A DNA stretch of 64,000 nt, from assembly GCA_050700495.1 (NCBI GenBank), contig JBOHHF010000044.1:948-64947 (forward strand), given 5' to 3'. Positions 30,543-39,806 of this stretch are shown here, one piece after another; position 1 is the stretch's first letter; each line of letters opens with the position of its first letter. The notes beneath the pieces were generated by a model that was given only the letters and a program-made list of their open reading frames with translations, searched no databases and was not told where the DNA came from. The translations under genes and the position numbers were made by a program. Source of the stretch: Pseudonocardiaceae bacterium. Its GTDB lineage: Bacteria > Actinomycetota > Actinomycetes > Mycobacteriales > Pseudonocardiaceae.

Positions 30543-31867
30543 CACGACGTGGGCATCCGCCCGTCCGTCCTTCTCAGATGCTCAGGCGCATGAGCCTATG
30601 GCTCATGGGCTTCCTGGCCGTGGCAAGCGTGCTGGTGTTGGTCGTCTGGGCGATACCCTCGTGGTTGACGCAGGAGTCGGCCCTAGCTGAAGCGGAGCGC
30701 TACAAGGCGATGGCGGACGTGCGCACCGGGCTCGCCGCGGCCCTCGCAGCGCTCGGCGCCGCCGGCGGTCTGGCCTACACGGCACGCACTTTCCGGCTCA
30801 GCCAGGTCGGCCAGCTGACCAGCCGGTTCGAGAGCGCCATTAAGCAGATGGGTGACGACGACCAGACGGTTCGGCTCGCCGGCATCCATGCGATGGCGCA
30901 GCTGGCGGACGGGTGGGTCGAGCAGCGCCAGACCTGCGTCGACGTCTTGTGCGCTTTCCTGCGCGTGACGCGACCCCAGTCGGACGATCTGCGGGAGGCG
31001 CATCGCGTCACGCTCCGCATCATCAGGGCGCACCTACGTCCAGGGCGTCGCCAGGTTAGCTGGCAGCAATGTGAGTTTGACCTCACGGGCGCTGTCCTGA
31101 AGGAAGCGGACTTCACCGGGGTCAACTTCGCCAGTGCACGCTTCCTTTTCGAGGAGGCGCACTTCGAGGGAAACGCGCGTTTCGACGGGGCGACGTTGGG
31201 GGCTGTGTCAGCTTCCGCGGCGCGAAATTTTCGGAGCAAGAGAGCAGCGTTTCCTTCACCAACGCAGAGTTTCGTGGCGGCAAGGTGGTGTTCGACGACG
31301 TGACGTTCGCGGAGGGGCGGCCAGCTTCGACGAAGCAGTCTTCGAGCCGCGCTGTCAGGTCACCTTCAAGGGTGCCAAGCTAGGGAACGGGGTCTCCTTT
31401 AGGGGTGCAACCGTGCAGGGGCCTGGTCTGCGTTTCGAGAATGCCAGCTTCTCCTCTCAGAAGGCCTGGTCCGGTTCGACGGCGCGACGTTCAGCGGAAC
31501 GGTGCACTTCGACAGAGCGGAGTTCGATGGTGACGTGACCTTCAACGATGCCAAGCTAGGGTTAGGCGGAGCCAACCTGATCTTCGCGGGCGCTAAATGG
31601 ATCAAAGGCCGGATCTCCTTCAAAGGGGCCGACTGCGAGGCCATGACCGTGGATCTCAAGGAGCCGGACGTGCGGCTGGGCAAAATCGACTTCCGTGGGG
31701 CCAATGGCACCCCCCGGATCATCCCCACGAACCCTGGTCCTCCCCTCGTGGTGGAGGGGGGACCAGCTGACGCCGTGACCGCGGCTAAGACGTCTGGACA
31801 CCTACGGCGGCCGCAGGCATCATCGAGCAGCCAACACCGGAGCGACCGCTCCGGTGCACGGTTATAA
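30533..31867 (+). pseudogene. membrane-anchored pentapeptide-repeat protein, three frameshifts
   Basis: ATG 30533 overlaps the NTPase stop. It has an N-terminal TM helix (LWLMGFLAVASVLVLVVWAI) followed by A(D/N)FxG-type repeats (ADFTGVNFASARF, AHFEGNARFDGATL). The repeat text continues across frames 2>1>0>2, with breaks at the G-run 31198-31202, the G-run 31314-31317 and about 31466-31472. Confidence 0.65.
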
Positions 31868-31877
31868 GGAGGGCCGG

Positions 31878-32224
31878 ATGGAGATTGTCCTGTTCCATAT
31901 CCGCACACGACCTGACATCAATGAGCAGGAGTACCAACGTGCCTTCGAGCGCATGCTGAAGCTGGTGTCGAGATCCCCGGCTTTATCGGGATCGAGGGTT
32001 TCTCGGGGGAGGACGGCAGCGAGTTAGCGGTCGCGCGATTCGACTCACCGGAAGCTATCGCCGCCTGGCGCGACCAGCCTGAGCACGTCCGCACCCGGCA
32101 GCGGGGGCGAGAAGAGTTCTTTGCGGCATACGACATCACGATCGCAACGGTGTGGCGCCATTACGACTGGTCTCTACCCCAGCCCAGCGGAGACGAGGTT
32201 GCTGAGGCCCCCGTCACCGATTAG
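31878..32224 (+). pseudogene. antibiotic-biosynthesis-monooxygenase (ABM/Dabb) domain protein, one frameshift
   Basis: AAGGAGGG plus ATG 31878 gives MEIVLFHIRTRPDINEQEYQRAFERMLKLVS. It continues in the -1 frame as IPGFIGIEGFSGEDGSELAVARFDSPEAIAAWRDQPEH... to TAG 32222-32224. The break is at about 31968-31972. Confidence 0.65.
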
Positions 32225-32253
32225 CACAGGCCCGACCTGTGAGGCTGCGCCGT

Positions 32254-33534
32254 TCACGGGGCAATCTGAGCGTAAGCGCTGGCCACTTCGTCGACCTGCT
32301 CGTACCCGACGCGGAGCAGAAAGGTGCTGTTGCGTCCGTAGGACTTCATGCCCAGCACGAAGAAGTTCGGTTCTGGCACCCGCAGCGCGTCCACCCCGTG
32401 CGACGCCTGGGCCAGGCAGTCCGCCGGACCAGTGGCGCTGCTGCCCGCAGCGCCCAGCAGTGCCGCTGACAGGTTCATCGGTGCGGCTGTGGCATAGCAC
32501 TCGTGCACCTGCAGCTGCCGGTACAGCGAGGTGTCACCCAGGAAGCCGGTCAACCCGATGATGCGATCGACGACGACCTCTTCGACGTCGCCGGAGTTGG
32601 ACCGAAGAGTGACGACCACACCGTCGTCCGATTTGCGTAGTGCGTCGATCACCACGGCGGTGCGCACCTGGATCCCCGGCACTGCACCCGACTGCAGCCG
32701 CTGGGCCACCTCGACCAGCTCCTGGCGCTGCGCCAGGGGGTCGCCGGGAACCTCCCCCCAGTCCGGGTCGGTGGACCGCACCGCCCACACCACCTGGGTG
32801 CCGGGCCGCGCGACGACCAGCTCAGCGAGGTCACGGGCCGCGGTCTGGGCTGACTTGCCGGCACCGACCAACAGCACCCGGCGACCCGCCCACTCGTCGG
32901 CCTCGCCGGCCAGATCGGGAATCCGGCGGATGATCCGGTCGGCCACCTGCAGCTCGCCCGGAGCTGGGATGCCGCCGTCACCGAGGTGGTTGGCGCGGTC
33001 GTAGCTGCCGGTGCAGTCCAGCAGCAGGTCCGCGTGCGCCACCCGTTCGAAGTTGTTCGGGCCGGCGAGGAGCAATCGGAACGGCTGCGAACCGCGCTGC
33101 GTACTACCGATCTCCTCGTGCTTGAGCAGCCCTTGCCGGGCGACGGCGAGCACCCTGGTATCGCAGCGAATGGTGGCCGCCAGCTCGGGCAGCCCGGCCA
33201 GCGGGCGAAGGAGCTGTTCGGCGAACTCCCCGCCGGTCGGGCAGTGCTCGGCGGGTCCTGGCGGCTGCATACCAGCGGCCCGGAGATGCATGTGCATCCG
33301 TGCCGACACGTTCATCGACCAGGGTGTGAACAGCCGGATATGACTCCATGCAGTGACGTTCGCTGCCACCGAGGCAGCCGACTCGTACACGGTGCAGGGC
33401 CATCCGTTGTCCAGGCAGGCCAATGTGGCATCCAGGCCGATCGGCCCGGCGCCGAGGATCGCGACGTGGCCCGGTCCGGGAACGGGAGCGGGCCGGTCCC
33501 GGCTCTCGGTAGTGGCGTCGGCGACCGCTGTCAC
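32254..33534 (-). CDS. FAD/NAD(P)-binding oxidoreductase (two Rossmann folds)
   Basis: VAILGAGPIGLD and VLLVGAGKSAQTA dinucleotide-binding motifs. GTG 33534 follows GGAGGA. The upstream part of the long ORF overlaps the divergent GT2 gene and looks non-coding. Confidence 0.65.
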   Translation of the reverse strand: MTAVADATTESRDRPAPVPGPGHVAILGAGPIGLDATLACLDNGWPCTVYESAASVAANVTAWSHIRLFTPWSMNVSARMHMHLRAAGMQPPGPAEHCPTGGEFAEQLLRPLAGLPELAATIRCDTRVLAVARQGLLKHEEIGSTQRGSQPFRLLLAGPNNFERVAHADLLLDCTGSYDRANHLGDGGIPAPGELQVADRIIRRIPDLAGEADEWAGRRVLLVGAGKSAQTAARDLAELVVARPGTQVVWAVRSTDPDWGEVPGDPLAQRQELVEVAQRLQSGAVPGIQVRTAVVIDALRKSDDGVVVTLRSNSGDVEEVVVDRIIGLTGFLGDTSLYRQLQVHECYATAAPMNLSAALLGAAGSSATGPADCLAQASHGVDALRVPEPNFFVLGMKSYGRNSTFLLRVGYEQVDEVASAYAQIAP

Positions 33535-33634
33535 GTGTCCTCCGTCAGCTCGGTCGTACTCGGTTGGCCCGTAAAGTGTGGGCCACTCCAGCAAACCTAT
33601 TCGACGCGCACAGGAGATCGGATCGACCACGACC

Positions 33635-34363
33635 ATGGTGAGCAAGCCGGCGACGGTGTCGATCGTGGTGCCCGCGCTCAACGAGGCGGCATGCATCGAG
33701 GGCTGTCTGCAACGGTTGCGCCGCGACTTTCCGGACGGCGAGCTGGTGGTGGTGGACGGCGGCAGTATCGATGAGACCTTCGACCTCGCAGCGCGGCATG
33801 CCCACACCGTCCGCAGCGTGCCGGGCCGCGCCGTCCAGATGAACGCTGGAGCCGCACTGACCACCGGTGACATCCTCTGGTTCATCCACGTGGACTGCCA
33901 GGTCCCGGCCGAGGCCCTGGACCTGCTCCGGCGCGCGATGCTCGACCCCGACGTGGTCGGAGGAGGGTTGCAGCTGAGCTTCGATCAGCGCACGCTGGGG
34001 TTGGACTATCTGGCAATCAGCTCCAACCAGCGGGCTCGGCGGCTGCACTGGATCTTCGGCGACCAGGCGATGTTCGTCCGCCGGGAGGTGTTCGAGGCGG
34101 TGGGCGGCTTTCCTGAGTTACCGCTCATGGAGGACCTGGAGATGTCCCGGATCCTACGGCGACATGGCCGGCTCGCGGTGCTGCCGGCCACTGTCACCGC
34201 ATCGGCCCGGCGGCTCGTCGAGCAGGGGACGTGGCGCATGACCGTGCTGATGCAGGTTCTCAAGCTGCAGTACTTCCTCGGCGTAGACCCGGAGCGGATT
34301 CGTCGCCGCTATGAAGCCGGCACTCGTCGCGGGCGCCGGCGCCGCTCGGCCTCCTCCCAGTAG
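33635..34363 (+). CDS. GT2 glycosyltransferase
   Basis: VSIVVPALNEA, LVVVDGGSIDET, ILWFIHVDC and MEDLEMS motifs. The C-terminal tail is Arg-rich. Confidence 0.75.
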   Translation: MVSKPATVSIVVPALNEAACIEGCLQRLRRDFPDGELVVVDGGSIDETFDLAARHAHTVRSVPGRAVQMNAGAALTTGDILWFIHVDCQVPAEALDLLRRAMLDPDVVGGGLQLSFDQRTLGLDYLAISSNQRARRLHWIFGDQAMFVRREVFEAVGGFPELPLMEDLEMSRILRRHGRLAVLPATVTASARRLVEQGTWRMTVLMQVLKLQYFLGVDPERIRRRYEAGTRRGRRRRSASSQ

Positions 34364-34487
34364 GACGCGTTGTCCGACTCTTCGTGAGGAAGCGGATTCT
34401 CGGCGATGAACCAGGACCAGCACATCGGCAGCAAGGCGCGAACGTTCTTCCGTGGGGTGAGTGCGCTGGCACGCTGGAGCGGTCAGA

Positions 34488-34850
34488 CTAAACCGGAACG
34501 ACGTCAAACCAGTAGTTCTGTCCGTACCGACTATCCCAAGCAACGCAACCCGTGTTGTCAGTGTTCTGAAACCACAGTTCGATTTTCGTCGCGTCGATCG
34601 GCACCTCCACTGTGAGTGATGCCGCCACCACCGCACCACTTTGTTCTCGGGCCGTCACCGCGCCGCTTTGCTCCTGACCGTTCGGATGAAAACGCATACC
34701 GGCGATAATGCTCCAAGCGTCCTGTCCGTAGCGTCTGGCGCGGCAGCGCGGGAGCCGCTCGCTAGAGTACTCGATGGACAGCGAGCCCCCCGGACGAATA
34801 TCGCCGTTTTGCTCATGCGACCAATCGGGTAGAAACTTTATGCTCCCCAC
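34488..34850 (-). CDS. hypothetical protein (DUF6209-like by recollection)
   Basis: 120-aa ORF in lower-GC DNA. The C-terminus CVAWDSRYGQNYWFDV resembles a small actinobacterial family. It has an internal EQSGAV(T/V)A duplication. Confidence 0.45.
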   Translation of the reverse strand: MGSIKFLPDWSHEQNGDIRPGGSLSIEYSSERLPRCRARRYGQDAWSIIAGMRFHPNGQEQSGAVTAREQSGAVVAASLTVEVPIDATKIELWFQNTDNTGCVAWDSRYGQNYWFDVVPV

Positions 34851-35100
34851 GCTTACCCCCAGAATAGATGAATCTTCCCCAGCTCATGGGAAAACGGGGT
34901 CAACTGCTTTCTGGTAGCTTATCGTGCTCCGACGAGTCAAACAAGTGTCTCGACATTAGTGGGGTCGACCTCGTTCAAGGTGGCAAAGCGTGAGGTCCTC
35001 TCCCGTCGGCACTGGGGCGAGCTGCACGTGCGTCCCGGTGACCCGTCACGGTCGGCCACGCAGATCTTCTCGCTTAGCTCAGGCGAACTGCGCAGCTCCG

Positions 35101-36087
35101 TCAGCGGGGCAGCAGCAGGAGCTTTCCGGTGGTACGGCGGCCCTGCAGGTCCTGATGGGCGCGGCGGGCCTCGGCCAGCGGGTACCGGCCACCGATGCTG
35201 ATCCGCAGCGACCCGGCCCGGATCGCGTCGAACACCTCGCCTGCTCGCCAGGCGAGCTCGTCGCGGGTCGCGACATAGTGCGACAGCATCGGGCGGGTGA
35301 GGAACACCGAGCCGGCCGAATTCAGCCGCATGGGATCCACCGGCGGCACCCGCCCGCTGGCCGCGCCGTAGAGCGCGAGCATCCCGCGCGGGCGCAGCGA
35401 GGCGAGGCTGGCGTCGAACGTCGACGCGCCTACCCCGTCGTAGACGGCTGCGACGCCTTGCCCGCCGGTCAGCCGGCGGACCTCACCAGCTACGTCGTCC
35501 ATCTCGGTGTAGCGGATCACGTCCACCGCCCCGGCTTCCCGAGCCAACCGCTCTTTCTCCAGGGTGGACACCGTCCCGATCACCCGGCCGCCACGGGCGG
35601 TGGCCAACTGGGTGAGCAGCTGGCCCATCCCGCCCGCCGCGGCGTGGACCAGCACGGTGTCACCGAGCTGCACGGGGTGCACGGTTACCGTGAGGTAGTG
35701 CGCGGTCATGCCCTGTAGCAGGCTTCCTGCGGCGGTCTCTAAGTTCACGCCTTGGGGCACCGGTATGGCTTGCTCGGCGGACACCACGGCAAGCCCGGCG
35801 TAGCTACCGAAGCTCGTCGCCCATGCCACCCGGTCACCGACAGTGAACCCTCCAGGACCGTCACTGCCGTCGGGTCCCATGGCGGTGACGGTTCCGGCGC
35901 CCTCTGAACCGGGGATGAACGGCAGCGCCATCGGGTAGGCGCCGCTGCGAAAGTAGGTGTCCAGGTAGTTGACCCCGGCCGCGGCGAGCTCGACGAGCAG
36001 CTGGCCGGGGCCGGGCTCCGGGTCGGGCAGCTCGGTCAGCCGCAGGACTTCGGGCCCGCCGGTCTCGGTGACCTGAATCGCGTGCAT
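35101..36087 (-). CDS. qor: NADPH:quinone oxidoreductase (zeta-crystallin/MDR family)
   Basis: 328 aa with AAGVNYLDTYFRSG, VLVHAAAGGMGQLL and a C-terminal GKLLLLP. Confidence 0.9.
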   Translation of the reverse strand: MHAIQVTETGGPEVLRLTELPDPEPGPGQLLVELAAAGVNYLDTYFRSGAYPMALPFIPGSEGAGTVTAMGPDGSDGPGGFTVGDRVAWATSFGSYAGLAVVSAEQAIPVPQGVNLETAAGSLLQGMTAHYLTVTVHPVQLGDTVLVHAAAGGMGQLLTQLATARGGRVIGTVSTLEKERLAREAGAVDVIRYTEMDDVAGEVRRLTGGQGVAAVYDGVGASTFDASLASLRPRGMLALYGAASGRVPPVDPMRLNSAGSVFLTRPMLSHYVATRDELAWRAGEVFDAIRAGSLRISIGGRYPLAEARRAHQDLQGRRTTGKLLLLPR

Positions 36088-36500
36088 GGCGCCAGCCTAC
36101 GAGCCGCCGGCCAAGGCGCGCCTGGCCGGCCCGAGTGGCAAACATCCGGAACGGTTCCGGGAGACAGCGATGCGCGGGGGGAGTCGCGCCCGCAACTGCG
36201 GGTCGCTGACTTCGGCGGGCAGCGAGTCGCGACGGAACCCGGGCCCGGTGGCGGCCCTGCCCGAGAGCCCGTCACACCAGCCGCGACGCGGACAGCCCGG
36301 GATCCAGGTTCACCCGGCACGACGCCAGCACCGCAGGCAACTCCGCCGCACAGCTCCTGAAACTGTGCAAACCCGGAAAGGACGATATCAACAGACCAAC
36401 ACTGTAGGCCTCCGCGCAACTCTGCGCCCGTGTGTCCGGCATCGAGCGTGCCCTGCTGGATGAACCACGCTCTTGTGCACAGAGATCATGTGCGGTCCAC

Positions 36501-36770
36501 TCATCGCTTAGTATCGTCGCGGGTCAAGGCGGCGCGGGCCGCTCCCAGCGCGGCCTGCCAGTAACCCCTTTCCAGCATGAACCGTACGTCCTCTAGCACC
36601 TGCTGCAACCGGCCCACCTCCGGATCGGGGAGAACAGGTGTGGACTGGGCAGCCATTTCTGCGAGACCAAGTGGTTTGGCATCATGCTCAAGCTCTGGAC
36701 TACGCGGAGTCATCAGGTCTCGCTTCTCGTAGCCGGAATCTGTCGCGCAGGTCAGTGCAGTGGTCATCAC
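36501..36770 (-). CDS. hypothetical small protein
   Basis: 89-aa ORF in an A/T-richer islet. No domain was recognised. Confidence 0.3.
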   Translation of the reverse strand: MMTTALTCATDSGYEKRDLMTPRSPELEHDAKPLGLAEMAAQSTPVLPDPEVGRLQQVLEDVRFMLERGYWQAALGAARAALTRDDTKR

Positions 36771-36827
36771 AGGTGTGGTCGGTCGCTCTGACCGGGGTTA
36801 GCAGCTCGAAACACCCCGTACTAGCTT

Positions 36828-37001
36828 TCACTGGTTCTCTCCGATCTTTTGCAAGGTTTCGATCTCGGCGCGTACCGCCCGCTCCCGCTCACTAATTCGC
36901 CAGGCCTCGCGGCCTAGCTCCACCAACTCGGTCCGCAATATAGACAGCGACCGGGCCAGCACGGGAGCGATCGTGGTTGGGTTCAGTCGCGAATGATGCA
37001 T
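36828..37001 (-). CDS. hypothetical small coiled-coil protein
   Basis: MHHSRLNPTT...ELGREAWRISERERAVRAEIETLQKIGENQ. GAGGAG lies 10 nt upstream of ATG 37001. No domain was recognised. Confidence 0.3.
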   Translation of the reverse strand: MHHSRLNPTTIAPVLARSLSILRTELVELGREAWRISERERAVRAEIETLQKIGENQ

Positions 37002-37331
37002 GGGCACAGCGCTCCTCTGGTGGTCTGATCGGGACAAGATCATTCAATTGGCCGGCTCTAGCTTCGACACCAAGATCATCAACTTGATCGTCTTGGGCCG
37101 TATACAGGTACAGAGCGCCAAGACCACCCTCTGCGTACTGTGATTTCTGATGTAGGGGGCTGGTCAAGTCGCCAACGCCCACGACCCCCGTGAGACAGGC
37201 CGAAGCCTCGGCAAGGCCGGGCTAGCTATGCGGAGCTAGTGCGCCGCGGCGCTATCTCCCCTTCGCCGGAAGCCCTGCCTGAGGCGGCGCAGCTGCGGTC
37301 GGGGGCAGCCAGGCGGTCGACGGGCCGGTGG

Positions 37332-38297
37332 TTAGGAGGTGTCGGCGCTGGTCAGCGATCGCGCGCTGTCCCTGGTGGTACCCGGCAGGGGCACCTGGTC
37401 GCGGGCGCGGCAGCCCGTCCAGCACGCGGCCATTGCCACGACCACCGAGGCGGCACCGAGGACGTGCAGCGAGACCAGCACCTCGGGTACTCCGGTGAGG
37501 TATTGCGCGACACCGAGCGCGCCTTGGGCGAGGACCACGCCGACCAGAACTGTGTAGCACCGCCAGGTGCGGGTTGGCACACCCACCGCACGTAGCGCGA
37601 ACCCCAGGCCGGCGAGCAATCCGAGGAAGCCGATGAGCAGATCGGCGTGTAGCTGCGCCAGCGCCGGGACTCCCACCGTGAGCCGGGGAGCGGCGATGTC
37701 GCCAGCGTGCGGGCCCGCCGCGGTCACCAGTGTCCCGGCGATCAGCAGTGCGGCCAGCACCGCGGTGGCAATGCCCAGCAAGCCGCGCAGCGGGCCAGGC
37801 AGGTGCCAGCGCGCCGGAGCGTCACCCTCGGCGAAGGCAGCAACCAGCAGCACCGCCAGCCACACCAGCACCATCGACACGAGAAAGTGCGCCGCGACGG
37901 TCCACCACGCCAGCCCGGTCAGGACCGTGATCCCCCCTAGAATGGCCTGCGCCGCGACACCCAGTGGCATCGTCGCGGCCAGCAGAATCAGCCGTCGACG
38001 CCGGGGGCGGACCAGCAGCGCGACGATCAGGCAGGCCAGCCCGACGAATCCGACCAGACCGGTGAGCAGGCGGTTGCCAAACTCGATCCACTGGTTGAGC
38101 GCGGCGATGTCCGGATGCGGCTCCGGCACCAGACTGCCCGGGAAGCACTGCGGCCAGGTCGGGCAACCCAGGCCCGAGCCGGTCACTCGCACCACTGAGC
38201 CGGTCACCGCGATACCGCCCTGTGTAATCACCGCGGCGATCGCCGTGGCCCGGGCCACGGTGGCTAGTGAGCGGTTCGGCGCAGATGCGGCAGGCAC
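37332..38297 (-). CDS. ctaA: heme A synthase (COX15/CtaA)
   Basis: 321-aa polytopic protein with GSGLGCPTWPQCFPG and the conserved His in GNRLLTG / VAAHFLVSM / VSLHVLGA helices. Confidence 0.85.
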   Translation of the reverse strand: MPAASAPNRSLATVARATAIAAVITQGGIAVTGSVVRVTGSGLGCPTWPQCFPGSLVPEPHPDIAALNQWIEFGNRLLTGLVGFVGLACLIVALLVRPRRRRLILLAATMPLGVAAQAILGGITVLTGLAWWTVAAHFLVSMVLVWLAVLLVAAFAEGDAPARWHLPGPLRGLLGIATAVLAALLIAGTLVTAAGPHAGDIAAPRLTVGVPALAQLHADLLIGFLGLLAGLGFALRAVGVPTRTWRCYTVLVGVVLAQGALGVAQYLTGVPEVLVSLHVLGAASVVVAMAACWTGCRARDQVPLPGTTRDSARSLTSADTS

Positions 38298-38623
38298 AGC
38301 CCTGATGGTAGGCAGCCGCTGCGCTGGGCAACCATCGGGACCTCAGCGTGGCTACCGGAGGGACCTTGTGATTGTGCGTGATTGCGGGGTCGACCCGGCG
38401 GCGTCAACCACGCCGATGCCCAAGGTGGCGGCGGTGCAGCTGCCCACCCGGACCGTGGCCTGGTTGGGACTTGTTCGCCGGTGGCGGCCGCGACCACTGA
38501 CCTGGAGTATCACCGGGTCCACGCGCGGCCTCATCTGTGTGTAGACGGCGGCCCGCTCGGGTGAGACGAGGTGAACGTTGATGCCCAATTTGGCGGCCAG
38601 CGACCTGCGAGCTGTCCATGATT

Positions 38624-38676
38624 ACCCCTTGTGGACCCGAAGCAGCGATTCTCGAGGTTTCGGGTCCACAAGGGGT
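38624..38676. repeat. perfect 18-bp inverted repeat with 17-nt loop in a long non-coding gap
   Basis: ACCCCTTGTGGACCCGAA (38624-38641) and TTCGGGTCCACAAGGGGT (38659-38676). Confidence 0.9.
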
Positions 38677-38956
38677 GATCGGTCTATTGCAGCGCCAGGC
38701 TGTAGATAAACTTTGCGTCCACCGTGGTGATCCAGGTCAGGCCCGGCACGAATGCGGGCACAGTGCGGTCGGTGGTGATGGCTCGCCGGACAGGAGCCCC
38801 GGCGAGCGGCCGGGGAGCGTGCTGACCGGTATCCCTCCGGATCGGTGCACCGCCCGGACACAAGAAAAGAGTTCAGCGTGGCTCGATGGAGTACTGCGCA
38901 GTTGTACGTATGAGGTAGTCGTATGTACGGAGGTGGAGATTCTGGGCGACCGGCAC

Positions 38957-38975
38957 CTCAGCGGGCGTCGCTGAG
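38957..38975 (-). terminator. short hairpin downstream of the ABC-2 permease
   Basis: CTCAGCG ggcgt CGCTGAG, about 58 nt after the stop at 39033. No U-tract. Confidence 0.25.
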
Positions 38976-39032
38976 CGGGCGGGTGGTGAGCGCCTCGGCG
39001 GCCACATGAAGATCCGGAACTGCGCTGTGGGT

Positions 39033-39806
39033 TTAGGACAGTCGCAGCGTGCGGGCGGCTAGTAGACCGGCACCGGCGGCCCAGACCAGCAGCACTCCCA
39101 GCGCGCCCCATGGGGTGGCGCCGTGGACCAGGGCGGCGTGCAGTCCCTCGGCCAGCGCGCCGGAGGGCAGCGCGGCGGCGAGCACCGCCAGCGGACCGGG
39201 CAAGGCGTGCACCGACAGTACGATGCCGCCCGCCACGACGAGCAGCAGCCACACCGTGTTGGCCACCGCGAGCACCACCTCGGCCCGCAGCACACCGCCG
39301 AGCAACACCCCGAGCGCGCCGAACGCTGCCGTGCCGGCAAGCACCAGCAACGCGGCGGGCGCGGCACCTGCTGGCTCCGGACGCCAGCCCAGCGCGGCGG
39401 CCACCGCGCCGAGCACCACCAATTGCAGTGTCACCACTCCGAGCACCGCGAGCATCCGACCAGCGACCAGAGACCAGCGCGGTAGTGCGGTGGCGGCCAA
39501 CCGTTTGAGCACGCCGTAGCGGCGGTCGAAGCCCAGCGCGATGGCCTGTCCGGTGAACGCGGTGGACATCACCGCGAGTGCCAGGATGCGCGGAGTGACG
39601 TTGTCCACCCGCGGGTCGGGTACCGGCAGTGTGGTCACCGCAGTGAGCCCGATCAGCAGGCCCAGCGGGATGAGCAGGGTGAGCAATACCTGTTCGGCGT
39701 TGCGCAAAGTGAGGACGAATTCGGTGCGGGCTTGGGTGAACAGCATCCGTGGCAGCCGTCCTGGGCCCGGCGCCGGGGTAAAGGTGCCGGGGACAAATCG
39801 CGTCAT
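39033..39806 (-). CDS. ABC-2 type transporter permease
   Basis: 257 aa with six predicted hydrophobic helices. It has a 4-nt overlap with the upstream ATPase gene. Confidence 0.8.
   Translation of the reverse strand: MTRFVPGTFTPAPGPGRLPRMLFTQARTEFVLTLRNAEQVLLTLLIPLGLLIGLTAVTTLPVPDPRVDNVTPRILALAVMSTAFTGQAIALGFDRRYGVLKRLAATALPRWSLVAGRMLAVLGVVTLQLVVLGAVAAALGWRPEPAGAAPAALLVLAGTAAFGALGVLLGGVLRAEVVLAVANTVWLLLVVAGGIVLSVHALPGPLAVLAAALPSGALAEGLHAALVHGATPWGALGVLLVWAAGAGLLAARTLRLS

Noticed and set aside
36036-36463. ORFs overlapping the qor start region (127 aa minus strand, 125 aa plus strand) as a possible Rv1455-like conserved hypothetical.
   Set aside because: Their translations are Arg/Pro/Gly-rich without structure, and the three frames are equally open. 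No support beyond length.
38352-38588. A 78-aa minus-strand ORF, and the 118-aa plus-strand ORF 38618..38974, in the ctaA-ABC gap.
   Set aside because: Neither has an SD or a recognisable motif. The plus-strand ORF runs through the 18-bp hairpin. They are treated as non-coding pending expression data.
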